A stretch of 49,700 nucleotides of DNA, counting the filler, from Bipalium vagum (taxonomy: Eukaryota): assembly GCA_037834085.1 (NCBI GenBank). It is 3 parts of 3 records of this genome, joined end to end, with 100 filler letters (N's around TTAATTAATTAA, not from the genome) between each part and the next. Parts side by side here need not be neighbours in the genome. Positions count along the whole stretch, not along the records: positions 1 to 16,227 come from JBBMKC010121814.1; positions 16,328 to 33,725 come from JBBMKC010067701.1; 1 more part is not named here. One strand, given 5' to 3'. Below the pieces are notes generated by a model that was given only the letters and a program-made list of their open reading frames with translations, was not told the origin of the DNA and made no database searches. Shown piece after piece: positions 10,368 through 21,701 of this stretch (positions within the stretch are counted from its first letter, which is position 1; each line of letters opens with the position of its first letter). Both the position numbers and the translations under genes were made by a program.

Positions 10368-12046
10368 CACCCTTCGATGCCACTTCCTCAGACATTCGAT
10401 TCTCCTTAGTTTGATTCCTCCTGGACCTGTCAGTTCAACTTGATGTGGGGATAACAAGTTGGTGATCTTCATATTGGACCTTCATATTGGAAATCATTCT
10501 TCTTTCTGTTTTGCGGCTCTTTCCGTAGCAATACTTCTTCTCCAATCGAAAACTCACGTCGACCTCTATCCGTTTCGAAGTTCTTCATTTTATCGGCTGC
10601 AATGTCTAAGTTTCTTCGAGCTTCTCTAATGACCTCTGTATCTGGATAGGTTTGGTCACGACTGCCAGAATGAAGATTGACTTTGTAGCCCAATACAATC
10701 TCAAATGGAGAAAACTTTGTTGAGCTCTGCTGAGTAGCATTGATACTAAACTCAATTCTTTGGAGCAATTCGTGACAATCCTTTCCTTGACAAACACTCT
10801 TTAGAAATGAGGTTATCATATCTCCAATCGTTCGGATTACTCGCTCGACTAGACCGTTGGACTGGTGCTGGTAAAGTGAACTGAATTCACACGCGATATT
10901 GAGGTCTCTTCATTTTTGTTGAATCCAATAACTCTCAAAGTTCTTTCCCTGATCTGTTAAAATACTCTTCGGCTTGCCAAATCTATAAATTCAATGGTTT
11001 ATTATTGCCTTGACGATTGATTGATCATCAAGTTTGGATATCGTGCATAGATTCACTAGTTTGCTAAAACGGCCAATAATTTGTAGTATGCCGCTGCTTT
11101 TTCCATAAAGGCTACATCTACCACGATCTGCTCTAAGAAATGTGAGCTTCTTCTCGGGATAAAGATTTCTTTAGTGCGCGTTTGATCAATTTTTCTCTTG
11201 GCACAACCATCGTATGTTTTAAAACATCATTGGACTGAATTCCACATCGATGACCAATAGTAATGATCTTTCAGATAGTTGAATATTTTCTTACTGCCAA
11301 GATGACACAGGTCGGCATGAATCTCCATCACAAATTCATCAATATATCTTTCTGAAATAATGATAAGATTTCGTTCGCTTCTTGATAAGTACAGCAAGTC
11401 ATCGATAACATCCAAGCTATCTCTTAAATGATAAAAACTGTTATTCTTCAATTCTTCAGGGTATTCTCTGCTCCCTTCTGAAAGACATTGAATAAATCCA
11501 GATATCAGTTTATCGGCCTACTGTTCGTTTCTTATTCTTTCCAATTGAGGAGTAATATAATGAACGGTACTGATATACTTTGTTTTTGGCTTCTCAATCT
11601 TGGCTTGTTCATGCTTCGTTTGGCATTGAGAGCACACCACATGGGAGATTCTGGATATGCCACCAGCGTTACAATGATCTTGGCCTTTTCTGTACCTCAA
11701 TTCAAAAGTATATTCTGAGAGACTGGTCAGCCAAGTTTGAAACTGTGAAGACTAATTGGGTTCTTCGTGGAGTTCCGATCTCTGCTTGGAAAATCCAGAA
11801 TTGGTACGTGACATAGTTTATCCTTCAGTGCTTGGAAACTATTCTGGCATTGTTCCGTCCAATGGAGCCTTTTATCGGCACCTGATATACCAGCGTATAA
11901 TGGCGCTGCTACTTCGGCATAATGGTAATAATTTGTCAAGCCAAGAAATGATCTCAGCTGAGACACGCAACCCGGCGGTTTCGCTTTCACTATTTGTTCA
12001 ATCTTCTTCTTGTTAGTTCTGACTCCATCGGCACTCACTGTATGTC

Positions 12047-12691
12047 CTAGAAAAACCACCTCTCGTTGGTGAAATTCGCACTTTCTGGATTAACCTTCAA
12101 CTCAGCCTTAGCAAGCCGCTCCAAAACAACCTCCAAAATGACATTGTATTCTTTTTCTTCTGTACTGTATATTAGAATATCATCTAAATATACTACTACG
12201 TTCTTGAACAGCAAGCCATCAAGCAATTCATGCATCAGTTTCTGAAAGGTAGCAGGCGCCGTTGCCAGTCTGAAAGGCATCCGGTTGAAGCAAAATTGGC
12301 CTTGTTTGGTGCTAAATGCTGTAATTGATTTAGCATCATCTGTCAATTCCACTTGGTAATAGTCTTGACCCAGATCTATTGACGAAAAATATTTTGAATC
12401 AGCCAACAAATCCTGCAGAATTTGCATATCTGGCATCGAGATTGTTATGGCGATTACACGTTTGTAATCCACAAAAATTCGGATAGATCCATTCTTCTTT
12501 TCGACAACCACCAACTTCCATGCACTTTTGCATTTGGAAATGACATCGGCATCTAAAAGTTGAGTAAGCATCTCATCAACTTTAGGTTCAAGATGCATTG
12601 CTTGTATTCGTGGTGCCTGTGCAATAGGTGAGCCGGTGATGATTATGTCATGTTTAACCAATCCGGTGTGCCCAATATCAAATGTATTCAT
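12047..12691 (-). pseudogene. Gypsy reverse transcriptase fragment
   Basis: 214-aa ORF with VEKKNGSIRIFVDYK, FSSIDL, TAFST, RMPF and YLDD motifs and small deletions. Confidence 0.9.
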
Positions 12692-13496
12692 TTAGGTCAT
12701 GAATATTTTCCCATATCGCAATAACATATTACACAATGGTATACCGATTTGATGATTGAATTCCATCATTACTTGATTTCCCCTATCTATGTCTGATAGT
12801 TTCTTACTCAAGTCTGATGACTCAATATTATTTACCACACACAAGTATCTATTCAAACAAAAAATAATTACATAACACGTAACTATATGTCTGCCAAGTT
12901 ACTGTCAATAGTATTTAAGTCCATAATGAAAAATCGAGACCAATTCCTACCTAATATAAAATATTCTGATGATTTTTAACGATTGATCTCACTTAGTTCA
13001 ATATTTACTGTATTTATGTACCATGAAATTTAATTCTAAAATCTTTTTACATATGTTACCATTTATTACTATCAGAATTTGTGTAACACGAATCACGAGA
13101 TTTTAATGACTCCTTCATTTTATTAAATGACGTGTTCGAATATAATTTAATCAAAGTAATCACAGGAGTTTTTGAAATTAAAGACTGAAATTAAACAAAA
13201 TATAAACTACTTACTAACATGAGTAAATAAAATCGGTTAATAAAATTAAATTATTAAACAAAAATCTAAAATGAAAATAAATATAAACGTTTAACTACTT
13301 AATAATATAAGTAGTTTAAACCGATTTAAAAATAAAATATTAAATTTAATCTTACCATTTTGACGCACCTAAGCTACAGGATTATCGAAAATATATTTAT
13401 AATTGACTATATTTATTATTATATTATATTTATATTTATAAAATATATTAATAAAATTTATTAATCTTTTCAATTGGTTAAATTATTGATTTTAAA

Positions 13497-13955
13497 CAAG
13501 CTGTTCCAATTATTAAGCGGAACGTAGAATTTAGGTATATACATGACAACAGAAGACTTGATATGAAAATATGTCAACCGACAAACAGTAACCCAATAAG
13601 TTTACTGAGAAACGTCATCAAGTAAAAATATTAACCAAATACAGCCTGTACAAAGTATCAGATTTTCAAAATTAATATTGCGAAATTGATTGTTTATATT
13701 TTTTTGTTAATAAAAAGTCTACGAAAACTGATGTAATGTTGTTGTTATTGACGATAGAAGGAAGGCAGCACTTCTACGTATTTGTGATATTTTACCTGCT
13801 TCTTCTTCGACTACATTTGTCGGATCTTTTAGCTTCTGTGGGTTTCTTGAATAAACCTTTATCTAAATATATTCCCAAATAAAAAATCGATTGGAGAAAG
13901 ATCTATTGATCTCGCAACAGATCAGCATTTCTACTCCTTTGTGATATTTTACCTG
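13497..13955 (-). mobile_element. Mariner-superfamily (DD41D/maT-like) 3' remnant
   Basis: Decayed ARSIDLSP.DF.IWEYI*IKVYSRNPQKL, matching the W-P-x-RSPDL..DFFLWG.LK.KVY motif; terminus-like CAAGCTGTTCCAATTATTAAG near 13497. Confidence 0.6.
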
Positions 13956-14031
13956 GACACAACTTAATATTGTTATTATGTATTATTAATAATTATTGAT
14001 TAATAATTGATTATTGATTATTTAATTCTTA

Positions 14032-14370
14032 CTCCATACCATAAGCAAACGCGATTTGTTAAAATTAATTATAATCAAATAAGACAAATGACATTAACAA
14101 AGTTTATTACATAACGAATGCGGTACATTAACATTAAAACCTTTCTGCTTTATAATTTCCGTTACTATCCGAGATTTGCGTTCAAAAAAAGGAGTCAACG
14201 ATTCGGGTTTAGTTGACCACAAACTGTTTTCTAATGAAAACCACAATTCGTCAATATTTTTACATTTATTCCTAAAAACTCGTTTATTGAGGCACGTGAA
14301 AAAACCGATGTCGTTTGGATTTAAATCTGGAGACTGGGCTGGTTTTTTTCGGGTCAATTTTATAAATAAT
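14032..14370 (-). mobile_element. DD39D-like (plant-mariner-type) transposon 3' remnant
   Basis: ORF 14094..14357 has PAQSPDLNPNDIGFF (compare PNSPDLNxLDLGFF); the end reads TA|CTCCATACC, like Stowaway/DD39D CTCC termini. Confidence 0.65.
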
Positions 14371-15135
14371 TAAGATAATCCCTATCTTTAATGACTTCAT
14401 AAAATTGGTTGAGCTGAAAAGAGAGGTCAAACCGAAATTGAGATTGAGGCAACATAATAAACATTTTTATTATATTATATTATATTATGGTGCGCAAATT
14501 TTCTCATAAACTTTAACCAGAAATATATTTTTAGAAATAATGGCCCTTTCTGATGTTGCAATGAAATCACTAATCAGAGACAACAGAAAATTGTCGTTCT
14601 CTACTCAATGCCATAGGTGTAGGGAAACAATCATTATTTTTGTTTGCCATTACCGCAAATAATCTCCCTTGCAAAGTACCTTAAAGTTGCTTCTTATTCC
14701 TAGAATAAAGAGCACTATTTGGTCCGAAGAAGAACTTCTTAATCCTTAATTATTGTGTTCAGCGATGTGTGAGAACTTCAAAACTGATGCTGTTTTTAAC
14801 CCATCCGAAATGGTGAAGTGGAACTTAACAGCGAGAAATAATCAAAAACCAACTGAACTCTCTGTGAGAAATGACAAGGATATGGAAAAGGACACATATC
14901 ATAATTCAAAGGAAAAAGAAAATACTTCGACAAGTGCAGCAATGGCAAAGTACAGCAATGGGAAAGTAACATTGTTTCAGTCAATGCAATTAAAATATGA
15001 CCAGAGAATATCGCGTGAGACTTTTAAAAATGAAAGGTATGATTCTGATGTAATTACTGATGATAATGGAATTAGTAAAATCATATGAAGTTACACTATA
15101 TATTAGCATGTGTTCACCATGTTAGTTGAAATTAA

Positions 15136-15207
15136 TCGGAGATACCAAGAGATTCGAACACTGGACCTGTCACATGAGCATGGACTGCTCTGACCACTCA
15201 GGTACAA
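15136..15207 (-). pseudogene. tRNA-like relic (pseudo-tRNA or tRNA-derived SINE head)
   Basis: Minus strand has an A-box-like TACCTGAGTGGTCAGAGC and B-box GTTCGAATC at tRNA spacing; the acceptor stem does not pair. Confidence 0.5.
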
Positions 15208-16156
15208 TATGTAAAAATTGATATACAAAATATAAAATTCGGAAACTTTTTAAAAATGTCAAACTCTTCAACAGACAGCACTTCAAGATTCTTATATATG
15301 AGCTCTTAGATCTCCACCACTCGCCAATCCGAACAGTCACTTCTACCAATAAAAATTACAGGCAGTGATTCCTGAATGAATTAAAAAATAATAATCCTTT
15401 ACTGGAGCATCATTAATTGACGTCAATTTCTCTTTTCTCTCTTCTCCAATTCTCCTAATTAATGAAAAATAAGTAATCAATGAGATAAAAGAAAAATTAT
15501 TATTATTTATTACTATTATTATTATATTATTATTTTTTATTATTATTACAACCGACTATATCAAAATATAGAATAAATATATGACAACCAATTGTATTAT
15601 TAAACAAATTAAGTCAACTTTGAAGTAAATGTGAACCTTTGAACTTTGTAATGAAACTATATAGAATGAATATTATATTGATTTTATTCAGTGCAAATTC
15701 ACAATATTACTTATGTCAGTTAAGGGGTAATGTATCCAATAAAATTTAAGTAAGAATATTCCTACTTTTACTTTTAATGCATTATATTATAATTTCAAAT
15801 AATAACATAATATATAATAATATAATAAAAATATTAATTTTATTTATTTTTTTCATTTTATTTATTTATTGGTATGAAAATTTGGATTTTTGTCCGGCCT
15901 CTCAATAAAACTGAATGAATAAACTTTTTAGTTGACAAATGTAAGAAAAAGGCTTGCGAGAGATTCAACAATACCTCTTTTTATTCAAGTTTTATTCCCT
16001 TGAAAAATAAAATTTAACACGTTTAGAACGTATTAAAAAGTACCGTTTTTTGTTAAGTTTCAGTGTCAAATGTCGTTTAGGTTAAAAACAAATTTTTTCT
16101 TGTTTAAACGGGTTCTCGGATTCTGAAAATAAAATAATATAATCTATGGTTTTTAG

Positions 16157-16157
<1 letters not shown>

Positions 16158-16227
<70 letters not shown>
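16158..16227. repeat. (AAT)n microsatellite abutting an assembly gap
   Basis: Seen directly. Confidence 0.95.
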
Positions 16228-16327
16228 NNNNNNNNNNNNNNNNNNNNNNNNNNNNNNNNNNNNNNNNNNNNTTAATTAATTAANNNNNNNNNNNNNNNNN
16301 NNNNNNNNNNNNNNNNNNNNNNNNNNN
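16228..16327. other. Artificial scaffold spacer N44-TTAATTAATTAA-N44
   Basis: Exactly 100 nt; the 12-mer has stops in all six frames; identical structure at 33726-33825. Confidence 0.95.
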
Positions 16328-16657
16328 AGATGGCAAAAGGTCGTTGACTTAAATGGTGCATACATTGTTGATTAAAATGTTTTGTAATAATAAAAAAATG
16401 ACTTGCAATTTTTCTTAAAAATACGAAAAGACTTTTTACTCAACCCAATATAATATTTTATTATGTCGTTAAAATATCGAGATATAATAATTATAAACTT
16501 GATTCTGTTAATAATAGTTATTGACTTATTGTTATACTAATTGATGAAGAACGGAAATAATATAAATACCAGATGTACTGTAAGAATTGCATTGTACTCA
16601 TATTACCATAACTTTTTTATATGTACATATATTTAAAATTTTTTTAATAAATCAGGA

Positions 16658-16915
16658 AAACGTTACTTCAAGTTTGAAAGCATAAAAGAGATACAGACAC
16701 TGTTCAAGAAAGAATTTCAGATAGATCTTTCAACCAGACTGACAATTAGTCAAATAAAGGATAAATTCGAAAAAGATCGAACTATTAATAATGTCAACAA
16801 GATTCGTTTTGGAAGACGGAGAATATCGAAAAGTGCCACAAAGAAAGAAAGAATATTGGAATTGTTTAAGCAAAGGCCACAAACATCTGAGACAAGCAAA
16901 TCTTGAGCTAGGAAT
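16658..16915 (+). mobile_element. Transposase N-terminal HTH remnant (DUF4817-type, Tc1/mariner superfamily)
   Basis: KRYFKFESIKEIQTLFKKEFQIDLSTRLTISQIKDKFEKDRTINNVNKIRFGRRR matches the PTRLTI..IRDKFE..GTV....RSGRPR pattern. Confidence 0.7.
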
Positions 16916-18000
16916 ACAATTTAAATGTCGTTTGTAGATTATATTCAATTTTGAAATAAAATGTATTTCATTAAACTTCTGATTTATAATTATTTTAAGT
17001 GTGCATGCATTTCTTAAGACCCTGTAAATACTTTTTTTCATTATACCGTCCAATAATTATTGAAATATTTTAAACAAATGTTAATAAAAGTATTGTTGAA
17101 AATCAATGTTTTATATCATGTTTTCAATATATTCACTGGTAACGAAATAAACATAATAATTATTCAGAAGTTTAAAATTTGTCTTTACCTACAGAGTGTA
17201 ATTTACTTGTGTATTATACTTCTTTGAAATATTATTTAATTTTCTAGTTACCAAGCAATTTTTCATATTCTTGATGAGACTATCAACCCTAACCCCTGGA
17301 CCCTGTACTGGAATTATTTATAAATGAATAAAATACCTTGTATTGAAGATTATCTATTAAAATTGTACAATTACAGTTATCTAAATGTTCAAATTGAAAT
17401 ATAAATAAAAAATTACATAAATGAAATTGAGAAAATTATTGTAAAAGGCTATTAATCAATTTCAAAGAAATACTAATTGATTTTCACATTCAAGTAAGGT
17501 TGGATTACAGTCATAAGCATAAATTTAATAAGTTATCATTAGTTATGTATTAAGTCTTGCATAGAATTCAAAAATTTGCAAACACAATTAATTTACGAAT
17601 CTTTTCATGAATGAACGAAAATCATTTTGGCTCTTGGATCAGATATTTCATGATCTTTTTCAAGAAATATCCTTGAAAATGTCATCAATGCAGTGATAGT
17701 ATATGGATGACTGAAATTCAAGGAAAAATAATAGATAATAATAACCTCTCCTGCATATTGCAACTCTTATCAGTGAGAAATCTAAGGGGTCACTAATCAG
17801 GATTTTTAAGTTCGTGGAAAAAACTTCCGTTCGTATTAGTGCCAGACTTTGTGCACCATAGTGCTGTTATTTGTTTTCGTACCGGAGCCCCCAATGACTT
17901 AATGGATAGTCCGCAATGTCCTATTTCGAATGGTATGCCTGATTGGCAGATGGTGCAATGGGTAACATTTCCTTGTCCTCAGAAATATCAACAGTTAAAT

Positions 18001-18033
18001 CAATAGATCCAATAGATCCAATAGATCCAATAG
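18001..18033. repeat. 9-bp tandem repeat (CAATAGATC) x about 3.6
   Basis: Seen directly. Confidence 0.85.
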
Positions 18034-19083
18034 TTTTATTTAAAATAAAACGTGAAGAACAATCTTTATTTGTAACCTCAATATTTTATCAAAATTTTTT
18101 AAGAAATAATAAGACATTAATTTAAGTGAAAAAGTTTAATGTTAAATGTATTATTAAATTTTTTAAGTGCTTTATCAGAAATTTCTGATAATAATAGTAA
18201 TAAAATTAATTGATTAATATGTTATATCAAAAATGTGTCAAATTTTAAATTTGGTCTATCTTGAATACATTTTTAAAAGAAATTGTATTTTTATTGATTT
18301 TCTTCAACGAAAACCTTCTTTCAATTCATTGGAAGAAGATTTGAAGGATTCCTCGTGATCTTTGGAAAATCATTTCAGTCTTCACGAACCATAGATTTCT
18401 GACCCAACAACTCTAATCAAGATTGCAAAATCAAAATTATCCTATTATAAAATCAAAAACAATTGACCTAGTGAACATTGCTACATCACTGTTATTTCAA
18501 TTCAAGGAAGGCACCCAAAGCTTACTTCAATTTTTATTTGAGGAAAATAAATTAATCAATTATTAACTAAAAGATTCATTATCATCATTATTTATTGAAT
18601 TATTTCCCTTCAGTAAACTTGGTGATTGTTTCACTGAGCATCTCAGTGTTTGTTTTAATTAACTAAATTTTACATCCGTAATAGAGGAATTATAACTTCA
18701 ATTTATTTGTTAATTCTAATTTTTGGATTTTTGAGAACAGGTATTAGGTTCCTTTTCTAAAGTTCTTATGAAAATGATTGCCAAATAACGTTTAATAATG
18801 CCTTTAGAATATTTTACATTTTTATGTTTTCATATTTTTTTAAAGAATTTTTAATAATTAAAACAAAAAATTGAAGTTCCATTTTTCAGACTTTCGTGTA
18901 GACTAAAATATTTTTTTTGTATACATTCTTTTGAACGTTCATAATATTTCAGATTTATTACTAGTAAAAAATGTTGATAAAAATTGGTTAAAATTTAATA
19001 ATATTTTTAATTTTAATTTAATTTTCAAATTCTAACTTAGTAATAAACATAAAAGAAATTGTTAGATTATTTCAAAATAATGA

Positions 19084-19085
<2 letters not shown>

Positions 19086-19134
<49 letters not shown>
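19086..19134. repeat. (TAT)n microsatellite
   Basis: Seen directly. Confidence 0.95.
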
Positions 19135-19135
<1 letters not shown>

Positions 19136-19876
19136 TTATCAATATTATTTGAAATAAATAAATAAATAATTTCTTGTTCATAGAAAATTTTGAATGAAAA
19201 CTGATATTAGAAAATTATAATTTATATTCGTAATTGACTATTGGACTGTCAGTCATTTGTTTAATTATTTAATGTTTAATTTATTAATGGTGCATAAGAA
19301 ACGCTAATAAAATTTAATCGTATAATAATATTGAATTTCAGAAAAGCAATAAAATTTGGAACAATTTTTGAGTAAATTTTTAATATTTGAATTTCATGAA
19401 AATTGAATCTACAATTACTGAAAAATAAAATGTATTGATTTATTTTAAACAAAATGAAACTTGTGGTGAAATCCATTTTCAATTTTTAAAAATTCTCTTA
19501 CATTATATTTCAATTAATTATTTCAGCTTATCATAATTGATTATTTTCAGGGTTATAATAGTTTGGTTCAAAATTACAATGGATGAAAATTAGAATTAAT
19601 TAGAATGCCAAACTGATTCTAAAGAATTGTGAGATCACTTATTGATCACCAATATGGAAGTATGAAATTAAAAATGTTATTTTCTAAGATAACCAGTATT
19701 TATTTCTCTTGAATTGAATCTGTTTTGTTTGGATTTTTATTTATTGAGATTATTAGTCTGGAATTGTTCAGAAATTCTACAACAGATACAGTAGGGAGCA
19801 TAATGTTAAAAATATCCATACATTTTACAAGATCTATATAAAATAATTTGACCAGATTAATTTCTTTTGACATATA

Positions 19877-20461
19877 CCGTCTTTTCTATATTTAAAGTTT
19901 GGGCTTGTATTAGGGGATGAATGAATTTGAAGCTACCCTGGCTTCTAATATAAAAATGGTTTGTATTTTAGCATATCAATAAAAAGAAACATTATTTGAC
20001 AAATCAGTTGATTCCGAATATAACCTGATACCAAACGAAATAATATTCTTTCTTCTTATTACAAGTGATATTACCCATTCGAAAATCGAGCCTTCTAGAA
20101 TTTTTATGTTTGGTTTTCTTCCAGCATCTTCAAGTCTCTTTGCCTTACCTTTAAAAGTCGCTTCTTCAGCAATATTCTTGAAACTAACTCTCCAACTGCA
20201 CACCATTCGTTCATTCAATCCATATTTCTTACAAACTTGTGCATGTGAATTCTCGATGCATTTCAAACAAACTGTTTTCTTGAAATCTAAAGTATAACTT
20301 TTTCTTAAAGGCTATTTAAACTGCACTTCTTATGAATATTAAGTGTTATTATTTTAAAATGAAGGTTAATATATGGTATATCGTTATGTAATAAAAAAGT
20401 TATCAAATAGAAGCCATCCTGGCTTCTAATATAGGAAGGGCTTTAATTTTAGAGAAGGCAG
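19877..20461 (-). mobile_element. Internally deleted pogo-family element with both TIRs
   Basis: TA-flanked imperfect TIRs CCGTCTTTTCTATATTTAAAG and CTGCCTTCTCTAAAATTAAAG; N-terminal transposase RKSYTLDFKK..KYGLNERMVCSWR..AGRKP..LEGSIFEWV (Brinker-like + CENP-B HTH); no DDE domain. Confidence 0.8.
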
Positions 20462-20555
20462 TAGTATTTCTAATGCCAGTTAAACCAGTTTATTATCATT
20501 TAATTAAAAAAAATCCTAGATAAAAAAATTGGAAAAAAAAGCTTTGAACGATTTT

Positions 20556-21050
20556 CAGTAGTGCAAAAATGATAGGAACATTTTATCAAAATTAATGTTT
20601 ATTAGCAAAATTACATTTTTGTTTAAATAATTAACAAACATCTTTATCTTTCAAATGGCACGAAATATTTCTCTAAATGAATTTGAAAAAAGCCAAATAA
20701 CAGCCTATAAGCCCATGAGAAAAAATTAAATGTTAAGACCTCTAAGCCGATCTGTCAATGTAATTCAAAATTTACTGCTAAATCCATCAGAATATGGGAC
20801 GTCCTAAGAAGCTATCAGAACGATCTGAGTGCCGTATAGTGAACTATACCTCCAATTCTTCAATTTTTCTCAAACAAATAAACGAAGATTTGGGCCTCAA
20901 CGTCTCTAAATAGACAATTGGAAGGGTCATAAGCTGAAATCGAAACTTGATAAAATCACAATAAAAGAAATTACCGCCCCTGAAACCTAACTACAAAGAA
21001 AATCGTTTGGAATTTGCAAGAACATCCATGTCACTGAACTTGAGTAAGGT
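20556..21050 (+). mobile_element. Tc3-like (Tc1 family) transposon 5' remnant
   Basis: Terminus CAGTAGTGCAAAAATGATAGGAACA; from the ATG at 20655, decayed MARNISLNEFEKSQI..SRSVNVIQNLLLNPSEYG..RPKKLSER..NRLEFARTSMSLNLSK is colinear with the C. elegans Tc3A N-terminus. Confidence 0.85.
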
Positions 21051-21701
21051 ATGTCATTTATCAAAAATATGGGTATCCTTATCATTCAGTAATCATATAA
21101 AACTAGATATATTTTAGATCATTTTAAAATTACAGATATCAAATTGAAAATATCGAAATAAAAAAGTACGCATATTAATGATATTCGATCTCATTAGAAA
21201 CTGTGGAAAATAAATGTCAGGCTATAATTGGCAATAAAATGTAATGTCAACTATCAGAAAGATTGAAACTTGATATCTGTTGCATTTATAATTTTTTTAT
21301 AATTCTGAAAATCTGAAAAATTTTGAGTTGGAGCTCACTCTCCTGAGACCTGACAAGACCGCTGATAAATCACCTGATTGGCATTCGGTACCTTGGGCAT
21401 CCAAATCGGATCATGAGGTCTGTGTTGTCAAAGATAGATATTCCTTTGTATGAGGGATATGAAATCCCCTTAGTAATGGTACAAAACTTTGTGTTCCCAT
21501 AGTTTTGTTGCCGGTCATCATCCAAAGTCATTTGATGGATAGGTCTAGACAATCTGCGTCGACTTGTTTGTGGATCGAGTAGCATTTTCTGGTTGTCAGA
21601 AAATGCGATAGATAGATATCAAAATAGATCCGTCAGAAATTCTTTTTAAATGTATTTGCTGAAAACGAAAAATTTTTAAGAACTATTCAACTCTGCATTT
21701 A

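Larger units (their letters stand above)
10151..12884 (-). mobile_element. Ty3/gypsy LTR retrotransposon remnant (internally deleted, decayed pol)
   Basis: RT-RNaseH-integrase order. RT with FNRMPF..APATFQ and YLDD (12047-12691); FLGHTV..LRSFLGLTNYY (11727-12059); integrase H..CHLG..YYW, HQSNGLVERV, SPFEIVLG and YEGP (10469-11451). Many stops and frameshifts. A direct repeat of about 39 nt flanks pol (10329-10367 and 12846-12884). Confidence 0.93.

Noticed and set aside
4857-12884. IAP as cargo inside the gypsy element (Burro-like giant retrotransposon)
   Set aside because: The IAP has six spliceosomal introns and lies outside the LTR-delimited interval, and no further LTR copy was seen downstream.
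15136-15207. Functional tRNA gene
   Set aside because: The acceptor and T stems do not pair properly; kept only as a tRNA-like relic.
16272-16283. TTAATTAATTAA palindrome as a biological motif
   Set aside because: Centred in identical 100-nt N spacers; assembly artefact.
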